A stretch of DNA of 64,000 nucleotides. Source: an uncultured Candidatus Entotheonella sp. (GTDB lineage Bacteria > Tectomicrobia > Entotheonellia > Entotheonellales > Entotheonellaceae). Positions within the stretch are counted from its first letter, which is position 1; the number at the start of each line of letters is the position of its first letter. The notes under the pieces are model-generated. The model was not told the DNA's origin. It saw only the letters and a list, made by a program, of their open reading frames with translations, and did no database searches. The stretch is from assembly GCA_965217185.1 (NCBI GenBank), contig OZ244252.1:4032001-4096000 (forward strand). The letters are read 5' to 3'. Positions 9,435 to 20,144 of the stretch are shown here, piece after piece. The position numbers and the translations under genes are program-made.

Positions 9435-10400
9435 TGGAAAGAAACAGGCTGGAAGAAGCCCACAAACGGGCGCAGATCATCTCCTACCGAATTCGGCTGC
9501 GAATCGATGAGGCGGTGCGCGCCAAGATTCTGGCGTTCTCCGGGGATCTGACGGGCCGCCCGGAAGAATTTGGTATCGACCTCGTAGCGTGGCGTTACGT
9601 GAAAGGAATCAGCGTCAAGCGACGCCTTGTCTTCGCCCATCCCGATATGCTGCGCACACACCCGGATACATCGTTGCACTATCGAGGCATCGCTACGCTG
9701 TCCCTGAAGCGGGTGCAGCAGATTGCCGGCTCCGTGGACCGCTGGGAAAAAGCACCCAGCCGCGTGCGCGTCACGGAAGAACGCGCGCTGCGAGTTGCGC
9801 GACTCTACAATACGGTCGTTTCTTCGGATCATTCGTGAGTCAACGGACTGGACGCTCCAGAATGGCTACCGGAACATTCTGGCCACTATGGGAATCACCG
9901 AAGACGGGGCGCTGAGAAACATCATCGGGCAGGAGGCAGAAAGGGCTGTTAAGGAGAAAATTGTCAACTGGCTCGAGACCCACTCCGGCAAGGCGTGCAG
10001 AGCCGATGAGACCCGCACAAGTTGGATATTGGGCGATGGCGAAAGTCTGCGCATGATCTTTGGGTCTGAGCCAGACATTTGCTTTGAAAGGAAGTCCCCA
10101 AACGGCGCTTGGGATATCGTGTCAACCATCGAAGTGAAGGGCGGAACAGACCCCGCCGGAGCCCTGGAGCGGCTCGGTGCGGTCAAAAAGTCCTTTGATC
10201 GTACGCCCGTGAGAGCCAAAAATTTTCTGGTTGTGGGTGTGGCGACTGACGAAATGCGCTATCAACTGGAGCAGATGCACGTGGAAAAATTTTTCGATCT
10301 TTCGGAGATTCTTTACCTTGACGATAAGTGGCAGCAATTCGTCAACGAAGTGTTTCACCACACCTTGAGGCTACTCGAAAGGCCTTTTCAAATCGGGTGA
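9434..10400 (+). pseudogene. XcyI-like type II restriction endonuclease with a +1 frameshift near 9826
   Basis: The first frame ends YNTVVSS; removing one G gives IIRESTDW.... The C-terminal half has FGSEPDI...IEVKGGTDPAGALERLGAVKKSF (PD-ExK). Confidence 0.7.
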
Positions 10401-10464
10401 CTACGGTCGGATTGCGAGTGGCGTGGGTGGTATTGATTCTCTTTTGACTACGGATCATGTTTTC

Positions 10465-11076
10465 ATGAACCAGCCCCGCTCGCCCGTGTTTACCATCGGA
10501 CACTCGAACCACTCCGCTGAAGTGTTTTTGACGCTGCTGCTGAGACACGAGATTGAAGAGGTGGCGGATGTCCGGTCATCGCCGCACAGCCGGTACAATC
10601 CCCAATTCAACCGGAAGATCTTGCAGGCTGCGCTGGCGGGAGCGGGCGTCGGCTACGTGTTCATGGGTGCGGAGCTTGGCGGCCGGCCGGCGGACCCTTC
10701 GTGCTACGACGGCGAGGGGCGGGTTCAATACGACCGGTTGTCGGAAGCGGATGCGTTCAATGAGGGTATCCGGCAGGTCATCCGGCGCGCCGACGAGTGC
10801 CGCATCGCGCTGATGTGCAGCGAGAAGGAGCCGCTGGCTTGTCACCGGACGCTGCTGATTGCCCAGGTACTGACGGCGCAGGGCATTGCCGTCCAACATA
10901 TTCTCGCCGACGGTGGTCTGGAAAATCACGCCGCTGCTATAGACCGACTGCTGGGTCAATTCAAATTATCCAGAGACGGGGACATGTTCCGCTCCAGGGA
11001 GCAACTCATCGCCGACGCCGTGAGCAGACAGGCAGAGAAGGTGGCGTATGTGGGCAGACCGCCGGATATCGTCTAA
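10465..11076 (+). CDS. DUF488 family protein
   Basis: Motifs FTIGHSNH, ADVRSSPHSR, ELGGRP and ALMCSEKEPLACHR. Confidence 0.88.
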   Translation: MNQPRSPVFTIGHSNHSAEVFLTLLLRHEIEEVADVRSSPHSRYNPQFNRKILQAALAGAGVGYVFMGAELGGRPADPSCYDGEGRVQYDRLSEADAFNEGIRQVIRRADECRIALMCSEKEPLACHRTLLIAQVLTAQGIAVQHILADGGLENHAAAIDRLLGQFKLSRDGDMFRSREQLIADAVSRQAEKVAYVGRPPDIV

Positions 11077-11085
11077 TTCCAATAC

Positions 11086-11122
11086 ATAGTTTTAAGCTAT
11101 CATAAACATCATTATTATGTAT
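11086..11122 (+). promoter_or_regulatory. OxyR-binding site upstream of catalase
   Basis: ATAG-N7-CTAT-N7-ATCA-N7-GTAT matches the OxyR tetrad spacing. It sits in an AT-rich patch, followed by a possible TTTACT-N17-TACCTT promoter. Confidence 0.75.
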
Positions 11123-11238
11123 TTTACTTATTATTGACAGACCGTTACCTTCCCCCTCAGCACAACAACGCGACCCCCGCATATTCGACCCAGGGGCCTT
11201 GCAACCGCGTGATTCTCAACCGCTGAGGAGACGACATC

Positions 11239-12732
11239 ATGAGTCACCATCATCATATCCTGACCACGGCTGACGGCGCGCCCATCGCCGATAATCAAAA
11301 TGCCTTGACCGCGGGTGCGCGTGGCCCGCTGCTCATGCAGGACATGCAGCTTCTGGAGCAGATGCAGCATTTCAACCGCGAGCGCATCCCGGAGCGCGTG
11401 GTGCACGCCAAGGGCTCTGCGGCGTACGGCACCTTTACGGTCACCAACGACGTGACCCGCTACACGCGCGCCGCGTTTCTCTCGGAGGTCGGCAAGGAAA
11501 CCGAGACGTTTCTGCGCTTTTCCACCGTGGCCGGCGAACGCGGCGCGGCGGATGCGGAACGCGACGTGCGGGGCTTTGCGCTGAAGTTCTACACCGAGCA
11601 GGGCAACTGGGACATGGTGGGCAACAACACCCCGGTGTTCTTCGTGCGCGACCCCTACAAGTTCGCCCAGTTCATCCACACCCAGAAGCGCCATCCGCAA
11701 ACCAACCTGCGCGACATGAACATACAGTGGGACTTCTGGTCGCTGTGCCCGGAATCCCTGCATCAGGTGACGATCCTCTTTTCGGATCGCGGCTTGCCCA
11801 GATCGTACCGGCACCTCAACGGCTACGGCAGCCATACCTACAGCCTCATCAACGCGGACGGCGAACGGGTGTGGTGCAAATTCCATTTCAAGACGCTGCA
11901 GGGCATCGAGTGCCTCACCGATGCCGAAGCGGGCGCCTTGACGGCAAGGGACCGCGAATCGCACCAGCGCGACCTCTTCGAGGCCATCGAGCGCGGCGAT
12001 TTTCCGCGCTGGCGCTTCTCCATTCAGATCATGACTGAGGCTCAGGCCGAGGCGTTTCCGTGGAATCCGTTTGATCTCACGAAGGTTTGGCCGCACGTGG
12101 ACTTTCCGTTGATCGAGGTGGGTATTCTGGAGCTCAACCGCAACCCGGAAAACTATTTTGCCGAGGTGGAGCAGGCGTCGTTCAGCCCCAGCGCCACCGT
12201 ACCCGGCATCAGCTGGAGCCCCGACAAAATGCTCCAGGCGCGCCTGATGAGCTACGCCGACGCCCACCGTTACCGGGTCGGCAACAACTATCAGCAACTG
12301 CCGGTCAACCGCCCGCGCTGTCCGGTGATGCACTACCAGCGCGACGGTGTCATGTCGCTGGGACAGGGCGGCAGCGCCATCCATTACTTCCCCAACAGCG
12401 ATGACACGGCGCCGAAGGATCACCCGGAATACAGGGAGCCGGCGCTGCCGCTGGGCGACGTCGCGGTGGACCGCTACGACTCGCGTGAAGATCATGACGA
12501 TTTCACCCAGGCGGGCAATCTCTACCGCCTCCTGCCGCCGGACGAGCAGGAGCGGTTGCACAACGCCATCGCCGGGGCGCTCGGGCAGGCAAGGCCGGAT
12601 ATCCAGATGCGCCAACTCTGCCACTTCTTCCGGGCCGATACCGACTACGGCCGCGGGGTGGCGCAAGCGCTCGGGTTGGACATCACGGAGATCGAATCCA
12701 GGCTGGTGGCGGATGCCATGGCCCTGGTCTAG
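11239..12732 (+). CDS. katA: Monofunctional small-subunit heme catalase
   Basis: Motifs [24 protein letters not shown] and the proximal ligand RLMSYADAH. Confidence 0.95.
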   Translation: MSHHHHILTTADGAPIADNQNALTAGARGPLLMQDMQLLEQMQHFNRERIPERVVHAKGSAAYGTFTVTNDVTRYTRAAFLSEVGKETETFLRFSTVAGERGAADAERDVRGFALKFYTEQGNWDMVGNNTPVFFVRDPYKFAQFIHTQKRHPQTNLRDMNIQWDFWSLCPESLHQVTILFSDRGLPRSYRHLNGYGSHTYSLINADGERVWCKFHFKTLQGIECLTDAEAGALTARDRESHQRDLFEAIERGDFPRWRFSIQIMTEAQAEAFPWNPFDLTKVWPHVDFPLIEVGILELNRNPENYFAEVEQASFSPSATVPGISWSPDKMLQARLMSYADAHRYRVGNNYQQLPVNRPRCPVMHYQRDGVMSLGQGGSAIHYFPNSDDTAPKDHPEYREPALPLGDVAVDRYDSREDHDDFTQAGNLYRLLPPDEQERLHNAIAGALGQARPDIQMRQLCHFFRADTDYGRGVAQALGLDITEIESRLVADAMALV

Positions 12733-12880
12733 GGAGGTGTGAGCAGGTCGCCAAAACGCGACCGGGTTCCGTATGAATAGCTGATGCTTTCTGTTGGCCA
12801 TCCCGGGACACGACCTCTCCGCCGGGATAAGGTAAATTGGCCGACAGGAGTTAGCATCGGTGGAACTTCATCAGACCTCC

Positions 12881-13873
12881 CTAGCCTCGGCTTGGCGAGT
12901 CGTCCGGTGCCCCAGCACCGGACGCTGCGGGCGTTCCCGAGGACGCGATCAACTCCACGCCGTTTGGTGCGTGGCGCTTGATCAGCTCGGCGAACGCCCG
13001 CACCATTTCCATGCGGGGAAAGCCTCGCCGCGCGGCCAGACCGATGGTGCGATAGGGGACTGGGGCGGCGAAGGAGCGCAATTCGATCAGCCGCTCGCCG
13101 GCAGGCTTCGTCCCGCCTGCCTCTGCGGTGTCGGCGGCCAACGCCGGCAGCAGCGTGCAGCCGACGCCGGCCGCCACCATCTGCCGCAGCGTCTCCAGGC
13201 TGCTGCCACGGAAATCCTCGGTGCCGCGCGGTTGCGGCAAGCCGCAGACCGCCAGGGCCTGGTCGCGCAGGCAGTGCCCGTCTTCCAGCAGCAATAGCGA
13301 CACGCCCATCAGGTCAGTCTCCATCACCTCCGACTTACCGGCCAACGGGCTGTCCTTTGGCAGCGCCATCACAAACGGCTCCCGAAACAACTCGATGAGT
13401 TCCAGTCCATCGGTCTGAATGGGCAAGGCCAACAGGATTGCGTCCAGCGAACCGGAACGCAGCCGCTCGATCAGATTGGCGGTGAGGTCCTCCCTGAGAT
13501 ACAAGCTCAAGCGCGGATAATCCGCCCGCAACCGGGGCACGAGATGGGGCAGGAGATACGGCCCCAAGGTTGGGATGACGCCGAGCCGCAGCGGCCCGGC
13601 CATGGGATCGAGGGCCTGTTGCGCCATTTGGCGAAGCTTCTCCGCTTCCTCTAACACGATCCGCGCCTGCGCAATCAACTCAACACCCGCTGGTGTCGGC
13701 ATGACACGCTTGTTGGTGCGCTCGAACAGGGCCAAGCCCAGCTCCTCTTCGAGCTTCTTGATCTGCGTGCTCAACGTCGGTTGGCTGACGTAGCAGGCTT
13801 TCGCGGCGCGCGCGAAATTTCGGGTCTCCGCCAGCGTCACGACGTAACGCAAGTCCTGTAATGTCATCGCCAT
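12881..13873 (-). CDS. oxyR: Hydrogen peroxide-sensing LysR regulator
   Basis: LysR HTH (VSQPTLSTQIKKLEE) and the redox cysteines in GHCLRDQALAVC. Convergent with catalase. Confidence 0.92.
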   Translation of the reverse strand: MAMTLQDLRYVVTLAETRNFARAAKACYVSQPTLSTQIKKLEEELGLALFERTNKRVMPTPAGVELIAQARIVLEEAEKLRQMAQQALDPMAGPLRLGVIPTLGPYLLPHLVPRLRADYPRLSLYLREDLTANLIERLRSGSLDAILLALPIQTDGLELIELFREPFVMALPKDSPLAGKSEVMETDLMGVSLLLLEDGHCLRDQALAVCGLPQPRGTEDFRGSSLETLRQMVAAGVGCTLLPALAADTAEAGGTKPAGERLIELRSFAAPVPYRTIGLAARRGFPRMEMVRAFAELIKRHAPNGVELIASSGTPAASGAGAPDDSPSRG

Positions 13874-13916
13874 CTCCTTGCATGCGGTATAGCCGGATGG
13901 TGTCTCACGTTAGGAA

Positions 13917-13956
13917 TTCCCCCTCACCCCAGCCCTTTCCTTCCAGGGAGAGGGAG
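13917..13956. repeat. Pyrimidine-tailed hairpin repeat (CCCCTCACCCC...GGGAGAGGG family), single copy
   Basis: TTCCCCCTCACCCCAGCCCTTTCCTTCCAGGGAGAGGGAG. Homologs at 38877, 48201 and 53433. Confidence 0.8.
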
Positions 13957-13976
13957 GACAAACCAGCAATTTCAAA

Positions 13977-15734
13977 TCACCCATCCGGCGCCAGCTCCTG
14001 CGTCCGGAATTGCAGGTCGTACAGGCGGCGGTACGGGCCGGACGCGGCGAGGAGGGCGTCGTGGCAGCCACGCTCGACGACGCGGCCTTCGTGGAGAACG
14101 ACGATGACATCGGCGTGGCGGACGGTGGAAAGGCGGTGGGCGATGACGAAGGTGGTGCGGTCCTTCATGAGATTTTCGAGGGCGTGTTGCACCATGCGTT
14201 CGGCAGCGCTGTCGAGGGCGGAGGTGGCCTCGTCGAGGATGAGAATCGGGGCGTTGCGCAGCAGGGCGCGGGCGATGGCCAGGCGTTGCTTTTCGCCGCC
14301 GGAGAATTTGACGCCGCGTTCGCCGATCATGGTGTCGTAGCCGTCTGGCAGTTGCATCACGAAGTCGTGCGCGTAGGCCGCGTGGGCCGCTGCCATCACC
14401 CGCTCATCGTCGGCCTGCGGGTCGCCGTACAGGATGTTGCGCCGCACGGTGTCGTCGAACAGGCTGACGTCCTGCGAAACGATGCCGATCTGCGACCGCA
14501 GCGACGCCAGGGACACCTCCCGGATATCCCGTCCGTCGATGGTGATGCAGCCGCTCTCCGGCTCGTAGAAGCGCGGAATCAGGTGCACCAGCGACGTCTT
14601 GCCGGCGCCGCTCGTGCCGACCAGGGCCACGACGCTGCCTACCGGCACTTCCAGCGACACGCTGTCGAGCGCCAGGGCCGTGTTGGGGTCGTAGCGCATC
14701 GACACGTTGTTGAAGGCCAGCCTGTGCCGAATCGGCGGCAGCTCCGGTTTGCCGTTTTCTTCCGTTGCCTCTCCCGGCGTGTCCAGCAGGCCGAAGACCC
14801 TCGCCGCCGCGGCCAGGGCGTTCTGGATGGTGTTGTTGATGCGGCTCAGCCGCCGCACCGGCTCGTAAATCATGAAGATGGCCGTCAGGAACGAAAAGAA
14901 CGTGCCCGGCGTCGTCGTGCCGGCGATGACCTGCGAGCCGCCGTACCAGACCACCGCCGCCACTCCCACCGCGGCCAGGAATTCCATGATCGGCGAGCGC
15001 ATCTCGTCGGTGCGTACGGACCGCAGCATGACGTTGTAGTACGCCTCGTTGCCGCGCCGGAAGCGCGTGTTTTCGTAGCCTTCGCGCCCGAAGCCCTTGA
15101 CCACCCGGATGTTGCCCAACACCTCCGCCACCAGCGCGTTCAAGTCGCCGACGTGTTCTTGCGCCCGCCGGCTCAGCCGCCGCAGAGCGCGTCCGAGCTG
15201 CACGATGCACAGGCAGGCGAACGGCAGCACCAGCAGCGCCCACGTCGCCAGCACCCAGTCGCGGTAGAGGGCCACGCCGATCAGCGCCAGCAGCGTCAGA
15301 CCCTGCCGCACGCCGGTGGACACCGCCTCGGTGACGGCGCGCTCGATCAGCGTCACGTCGTGCATGATCTGCGACATCAGCACCCCGGTATGCTGGCGAT
15401 TGAAATACGTCATCGGCAGCCCCTGCAGGTGCGCAAACATCTGCTGCCGCAGGTCGCGGATGACCCGCTGCCCGACCGACCGCATCAGGTAGGCTTGGCC
15501 GTACAGCAGGAAGCCCCGCGCGATGTACAGCAACATCACGATCAACGGAAAGAACACCAGCCGCGTGGTGTCGCGCGCCACGAAAATCTCGTCCAGGATC
15601 GGCTTCACCAACAGCGCCGCGTACCCCGTTGTGCCCGATACGGCCACACTGCACAGGATGGCCGCTGCCAGCCGGTGTCGATACGGATAAACGTAAGTCA
15701 GAAGGCGTCGGTACAGGGTCATCAATCGGCCCAT
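13977..15734 (-). CDS. msbA: Lipid A export ABC transporter MsbA-like (start approximate)
   Basis: Six-TM domain, Walker A GTSGAGKT, FSGGEKQR and ILDEATSALD. Directly downstream of lptD. Confidence 0.85.
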   Translation of the reverse strand: MGRLMTLYRRLLTYVYPYRHRLAAAILCSVAVSGTTGYAALLVKPILDEIFVARDTTRLVFFPLIVMLLYIARGFLLYGQAYLMRSVGQRVIRDLRQQMFAHLQGLPMTYFNRQHTGVLMSQIMHDVTLIERAVTEAVSTGVRQGLTLLALIGVALYRDWVLATWALLVLPFACLCIVQLGRALRRLSRRAQEHVGDLNALVAEVLGNIRVVKGFGREGYENTRFRRGNEAYYNVMLRSVRTDEMRSPIMEFLAAVGVAAVVWYGGSQVIAGTTTPGTFFSFLTAIFMIYEPVRRLSRINNTIQNALAAAARVFGLLDTPGEATEENGKPELPPIRHRLAFNNVSMRYDPNTALALDSVSLEVPVGSVVALVGTSGAGKTSLVHLIPRFYEPESGCITIDGRDIREVSLASLRSQIGIVSQDVSLFDDTVRRNILYGDPQADDERVMAAAHAAYAHDFVMQLPDGYDTMIGERGVKFSGGEKQRLAIARALLRNAPILILDEATSALDSAAERMVQHALENLMKDRTTFVIAHRLSTVRHADVIVVLHEGRVVERGCHDALLAASGPYRRLYDLQFRTQELAPDG

Positions 15735-15739
15735 CCATG

Positions 15740-17830
15740 TCAGAAATACAAGAGATTCGCTTCCACCAGGACCGTCCGGTCGCCGTTGTGGCGCAGACGC
15801 AGGCTGCCGTTGACGCTCCAGCACTGCGCCTCGTAGAGCAGGGTGGCGACGTGGTCGCGGAACTGGCCTCGCGAGCCGTCGTAGCGGGTGTTGTAACCCG
15901 CCGTCAGCCCCTTGAGCACCGGTACGCTGACGCCGCCGATGACGTAGAGCACGTCCGGGTTGCGACGGTAGTTGCTGTGCACGAACAGCGATCTGCCGCG
16001 CGGCAGATCGACGGCGACCCGCCAGTGGGCCGTCTGCAAGTCACCCGTCTGTGGCGCCACGCGCAGCACCGATTCCAGCGACCAGACCTGCCACAGACGC
16101 ACGCCCACGTCGATGTCCAGCGGCCCCATTCCCCCCGCGTATTCACCGGGAGAGCCGTCCCCAACGTGAAAACCCTGCGCGATGATCAAATGGGCCGCCT
16201 CGCGTATCTGCCCTGTTTCGCTGCGGGCGAAGAAGCGGTTGCCCAGCCGCAGCTTGACGTAGTTCGCCGGGCCGATGCGGTCGAGCAGGGTCAGCGTTTC
16301 CAGCGGGTCGAGGGCGTGCTCGTTGGCGTCGAGGGTTTCGTAAGCCGGTAAGTCGTCTTGATCCACCTCGGGAACGTACCGGTAATCCAGCCCCGTTGCC
16401 AACAGGTGGATCAAGGCGCCGCCGCTGCGCGTGTAGCGCCGCTGCCAGGCGGGCCCCTCCACCGTGGCGCGCACGTCGACAACAGTCCTCGACGCCTCGC
16501 CCTCCGCCGCTCCTTCAGGCTGGTAATACGTCTGCCGCAGCCCGGCGCTGCCGGTGATCTGCAGCCACGGCGCCAGCCGCAGCGGCACGCTGAGCTGCGG
16601 AAACAGGTCGAAACGCTGCACGGCCGCATTGTCGCGTATGGTGGACGCCCGCATCCGGTCGGCGGCGGCGCTTACCGAGAAGTATGCCAGCCCCAGCAGC
16701 GGGGTCAGAAACTGCTCCAGGTACAGGCTCGGCAGGCGTGTGAACGTCGCATCGCTGCCGCTGTCCGGGATGCCCTCGAAGGCGTCCGCCTGCAGCGTCA
16801 CGCGGCTGTTGGCGAAGCGCTTGCTGAGGCTGGCGAACGACGTCGTCTGGGTCCTTGATTCCTGCTCAATGTTGCGCGCAAAGCGCCGCTGAATGTCGCG
16901 TTCGCTGCGCAAGTCAAGCTGTGTGAGGCCGCTGATGCCCCAGCCGAATGTCTGCCGCTGCTGCACGAAGACCTGCCACAGATCCTCACCCGTTTTCTGG
17001 TCGTGGATGAAGCTACCCTGCGTCTGCCCGTCGGATTGCGGATCGAGGCTGTAGCGGTACTCCGCGTACGGCCGGTAACCGCGCTCGCCGTAGTATTCGA
17101 GGCCGAGCGTGCTGTCCATCCACTCCGTCATGGCCCAGAAAAACTCGTCCCTGACGACGGCCCCATGGTTGCTGTCGCTGCCCAGATGCGGCGGCAGAAA
17201 GCCGGTGGTGCGTTCGTCCCGGTACGGGAAGACGGCGTACGGCAGGTAGAACACCGGCACGCCCTTGATGCGGAAGGACGGGTGCTGCAGCGTCACGTAG
17301 TTGCCGGCGCCGAGGCGGACCCGACGGGCGCGAAATTCCCAGGCGGGAACCCGTCCGGTGCATGTCGTCAGCCGTCCGCGCCGCGCCACAAAGCGCTGCG
17401 GCCCGAGGCGTTCCAGACGCTCGCTGCTGACGAGATACGTGTTGCCGATGAGGCCGCTGGCGTCGTAAACCAGGCCGCGCTCGTTGGTGAGGTCGAAGTC
17501 CACCCGCGACGCTTTAAGCTGATCCTCGGGGGTGGACAGCCGCACGTCGCCCGTGGCAATGCCGACGCCGCTTTCCGTATTCATTTCCATGCGGTCGGCC
17601 AGCAGCAGCGTGTCGCCATAGACCACCGACACCTTGCCGGTCGCCTCCAGCCGGTTCTCGGCTTCAAAGTATTCCAGCTTCTGCGCCTGCAGGATGATTC
17701 CCGGGTTTTGCGTGTGGACGGCGGGCGCCATGCACGGCTGCTCGGTCGAGGTCTGGGAATCGGCGGGGATGAGGCAGGCCGTCAGCAACCAAAGCAGGGC
17801 TGCAACGGCGGATAAACGGGGTTTTCTCAT
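15740..17830 (-). CDS. lptD: LPS-assembly outer-membrane protein
   Basis: Signal peptide, OstA-like N-domain, TTC...WEFRA, PVFYLPY, RTTGFLPP, C-terminal QCW and terminal Phe. Confidence 0.88.
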   Translation of the reverse strand: MRKPRLSAVAALLWLLTACLIPADSQTSTEQPCMAPAVHTQNPGIILQAQKLEYFEAENRLEATGKVSVVYGDTLLLADRMEMNTESGVGIATGDVRLSTPEDQLKASRVDFDLTNERGLVYDASGLIGNTYLVSSERLERLGPQRFVARRGRLTTCTGRVPAWEFRARRVRLGAGNYVTLQHPSFRIKGVPVFYLPYAVFPYRDERTTGFLPPHLGSDSNHGAVVRDEFFWAMTEWMDSTLGLEYYGERGYRPYAEYRYSLDPQSDGQTQGSFIHDQKTGEDLWQVFVQQRQTFGWGISGLTQLDLRSERDIQRRFARNIEQESRTQTTSFASLSKRFANSRVTLQADAFEGIPDSGSDATFTRLPSLYLEQFLTPLLGLAYFSVSAAADRMRASTIRDNAAVQRFDLFPQLSVPLRLAPWLQITGSAGLRQTYYQPEGAAEGEASRTVVDVRATVEGPAWQRRYTRSGGALIHLLATGLDYRYVPEVDQDDLPAYETLDANEHALDPLETLTLLDRIGPANYVKLRLGNRFFARSETGQIREAAHLIIAQGFHVGDGSPGEYAGGMGPLDIDVGVRLWQVWSLESVLRVAPQTGDLQTAHWRVAVDLPRGRSLFVHSNYRRNPDVLYVIGGVSVPVLKGLTAGYNTRYDGSRGQFRDHVATLLYEAQCWSVNGSLRLRHNGDRTVLVEANLLYF

Positions 17831-17947
17831 GGCCCTTCTCGGAAGGCGTGGCGAGGTGGGGGAAGACGGTATATCAAACGGACACTATATACCATAGGGG
17901 CTGGTCAGTGCTTGGCCGCTATCCGTTTCCTGATGTATGTTGCGCGC

Positions 17948-18151
17948 ATGTCACAAATCAGTGTAAACATCGACGCCGAAGCTTGCGCGGAGGTCAGGTG
18001 CCGTTGCGGGTTGGCGACGAAGTGCGAGGCGATTAACTTCGCGTTGCGAACCCTGGTGTCGAAGCCATTCAGCGTCGATGAAGCCCGGCGACTCCGCGGG
18101 TCCGGTTGGGAGGGCGACCTCGACGAGTTGCGCTCTGGCCGCCTGGCGTGA
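17948..18151 (+). CDS. VapB-type antitoxin with no intact cognate toxin
   Basis: VNID...TKCEAINFALRTL...RGSGWEGDLDELR. An overlapping GTGATTCTG (M-I-L) looks like a VapC start, but no PIN motif follows. Confidence 0.65.
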   Translation: MSQISVNIDAEACAEVRCRCGLATKCEAINFALRTLVSKPFSVDEARRLRGSGWEGDLDELRSGRLA

Positions 18152-18435
18152 TTCTGAAGCTCGTGCCGTCAATATCTCTTCCTCTCCGAAGATGCCGTAG
18201 TGTTGCGTCACCTCTTATTTTCGTGCGATAGGGACAACCGTTTGGCAATTCGCCGTGCCTGACGCTCCATGAAGTTCAAGAGTTTATACCCGAAAACTAA
18301 GCGTGACAGACCAGTAGAAGTGTTCGCGGACAATAAACTGACTGATATCTACAATGTGTTGAAGATGAGGGAATTGCCCCCCCCCCCCGTAAGGTGCGGA
18401 TGGAATGCGCGAAAACGTGGATTATGGAGGAGTCT

Positions 18436-18627
18436 ATGCGAAGAGTTGGTATCGTTTTCCTGGTTTTGGTACTCACTCTGTCACTGCCGGCTGCTGCGGA
18501 TGTGCGAAGTGACCTGCGCAAGGTGCATCGCGAATGCGAGGACGGGCATAAAGACCTTGCTCGCACGCTGAACGACATCAGCGAACGGTTGGAACGTCTC
18601 GAACGGTTGCTGACCGAAAGGAGATAG
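18436..18627 (+). CDS. Small exported coiled-coil protein
   Basis: GGAGG RBS, signal peptide ending PAAA, and heptad repeats. Confidence 0.6.
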   Translation: MRRVGIVFLVLVLTLSLPAAADVRSDLRKVHRECEDGHKDLARTLNDISERLERLERLLTERR

Positions 18628-18832
18628 TAGGATTGAAGCCAATAGAGGCTACGCCCGTTTCCTGGCTCTGTTTCCGCCGTCACCCATGGCCTAAAGCTGC
18701 GGGTCATCGCCGAGGGCGCCCGCCTGTGGCAATCGCCTGCCCGAGGAGAGCAGGGGAAGGGCAAAGAGATCGAATCGTGGTGTGCAACAGTCCCCCCTCC
18801 TTGGCCATTACGCAGCAGTGGGGGAGGGAACG

Positions 18833-19954
18833 ATGAGTGCAAGTAGCCGCTCGGTTTGGCTTCGCCGAGGCAACTCGTCCGATCCTGACTTTTACGCCCC
18901 TGCACAGTGTTCGGATTTCGAGTTGGCCGCAATCGGCAATGCTGCGGCCCGAGAGACATTTGTCACCGCCACGTCACACATGGCGGCAATATGGACCGAT
19001 CTGTTTCAGAGCATCATCACACCACGCCCGCAATTGCGATGGCTCGGTGACGGTCCCGGTGTTGGACGCGATGCACGAATTGCATACTCGAGCCTGCTGG
19101 GGCGTTATATGGCCCGAGCCTATCTGACTGAACGTGAAAGGGTCCGCATCCTCGTCCCACTGGATGAGGCGAAGCGCCGGCTCGAGAGAACATCTTACGT
19201 CATCGAGAAGGATCCGCCGGGCAAAGTCCACGAGGCTGATTGGATCGGTCTCGACAACAAGGGATTGGTGATTGTCGAGGCCAAAGGTAGATTCGACGAC
19301 GGCGACAAAGTATGGTCCGGTCCATATCGCCGCCCCAAGATATTGGAAACCGCTATAGAGCAGGCGGCAAGGACAGCCGTCTTCGTGCGTGGCACTCACC
19401 GGCAGCTTCCAGCGAAGCGCTGGGCAATTGTATCGCGCTGGGCGACCGAGCATAACCACCGGGAGCCGACGCTTCTAGCCGGGCACTCAGAGGTGGAAAG
19501 ACTTCCCCAAGAAGATTATCGAGAGCTGTCGCGAATCCTCCTCCGCGCCGATTTGGAGAGCGTTCTAATGGGGCTGGGTCATCGGGAAGCTATGGAAGTG
19601 TTGAATGCTACGGAACCGCCCAGGCGCATCTCAGGAGAGTTGCAGATCAGGGTGGGCAACCGAGAGCTTGAACCGGGTTTGGCGGCTGCAATTGGTCCTT
19701 TTGGTGTGCGGCCCCTTCGTAACGGGGACGATTTTGCTCAACTGGATCAAGTGCGCGTGTTGAACCCAGACGTTGTGGTGGCATCTCTGTCTAGCCGTTA
19801 CCTCACGACCATGGGCCAAGAAGCGAGTCGGTCGGGGGAAGAAGAGGTAGAGGAGGTAGAAGTAAAACCTGCATTTGAACGTTTTGCGAGCCGTGTTGGC
19901 TTGGCCGTGATGTGGCTGGTTGCCGGCGAAGAAGTCGCTCTGGTGGCGTCGTGA
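18833..19954 (+). CDS. Putative PD-(D/E)XK-fold nuclease
   Basis: EADWIGLDNKGLVIVEAKG, then AIEQA. Purine-rich RBS before the ATG at 18833. Confidence 0.55.
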   Translation: MSASSRSVWLRRGNSSDPDFYAPAQCSDFELAAIGNAAARETFVTATSHMAAIWTDLFQSIITPRPQLRWLGDGPGVGRDARIAYSSLLGRYMARAYLTERERVRILVPLDEAKRRLERTSYVIEKDPPGKVHEADWIGLDNKGLVIVEAKGRFDDGDKVWSGPYRRPKILETAIEQAARTAVFVRGTHRQLPAKRWAIVSRWATEHNHREPTLLAGHSEVERLPQEDYRELSRILLRADLESVLMGLGHREAMEVLNATEPPRRISGELQIRVGNRELEPGLAAAIGPFGVRPLRNGDDFAQLDQVRVLNPDVVVASLSSRYLTTMGQEASRSGEEEVEEVEVKPAFERFASRVGLAVMWLVAGEEVALVAS

Positions 19955-20144
19955 CTAAATGAGTGGATTGTCCATCTGTAATTTGTAACGTGCCTTAGCC
20001 AAGAACCGTCTCATAAGTTTGCGAGGGTGTCAGCGAACAGTTTATTGTCAGTTAGTTTGCCGGTGCACCCATTTATTTTGAGAGTTCAGATAGGAAGGCT
20101 CTGTGACCGCTCTTTCCATTGACGGATGGTGACGGGAGAAACTC

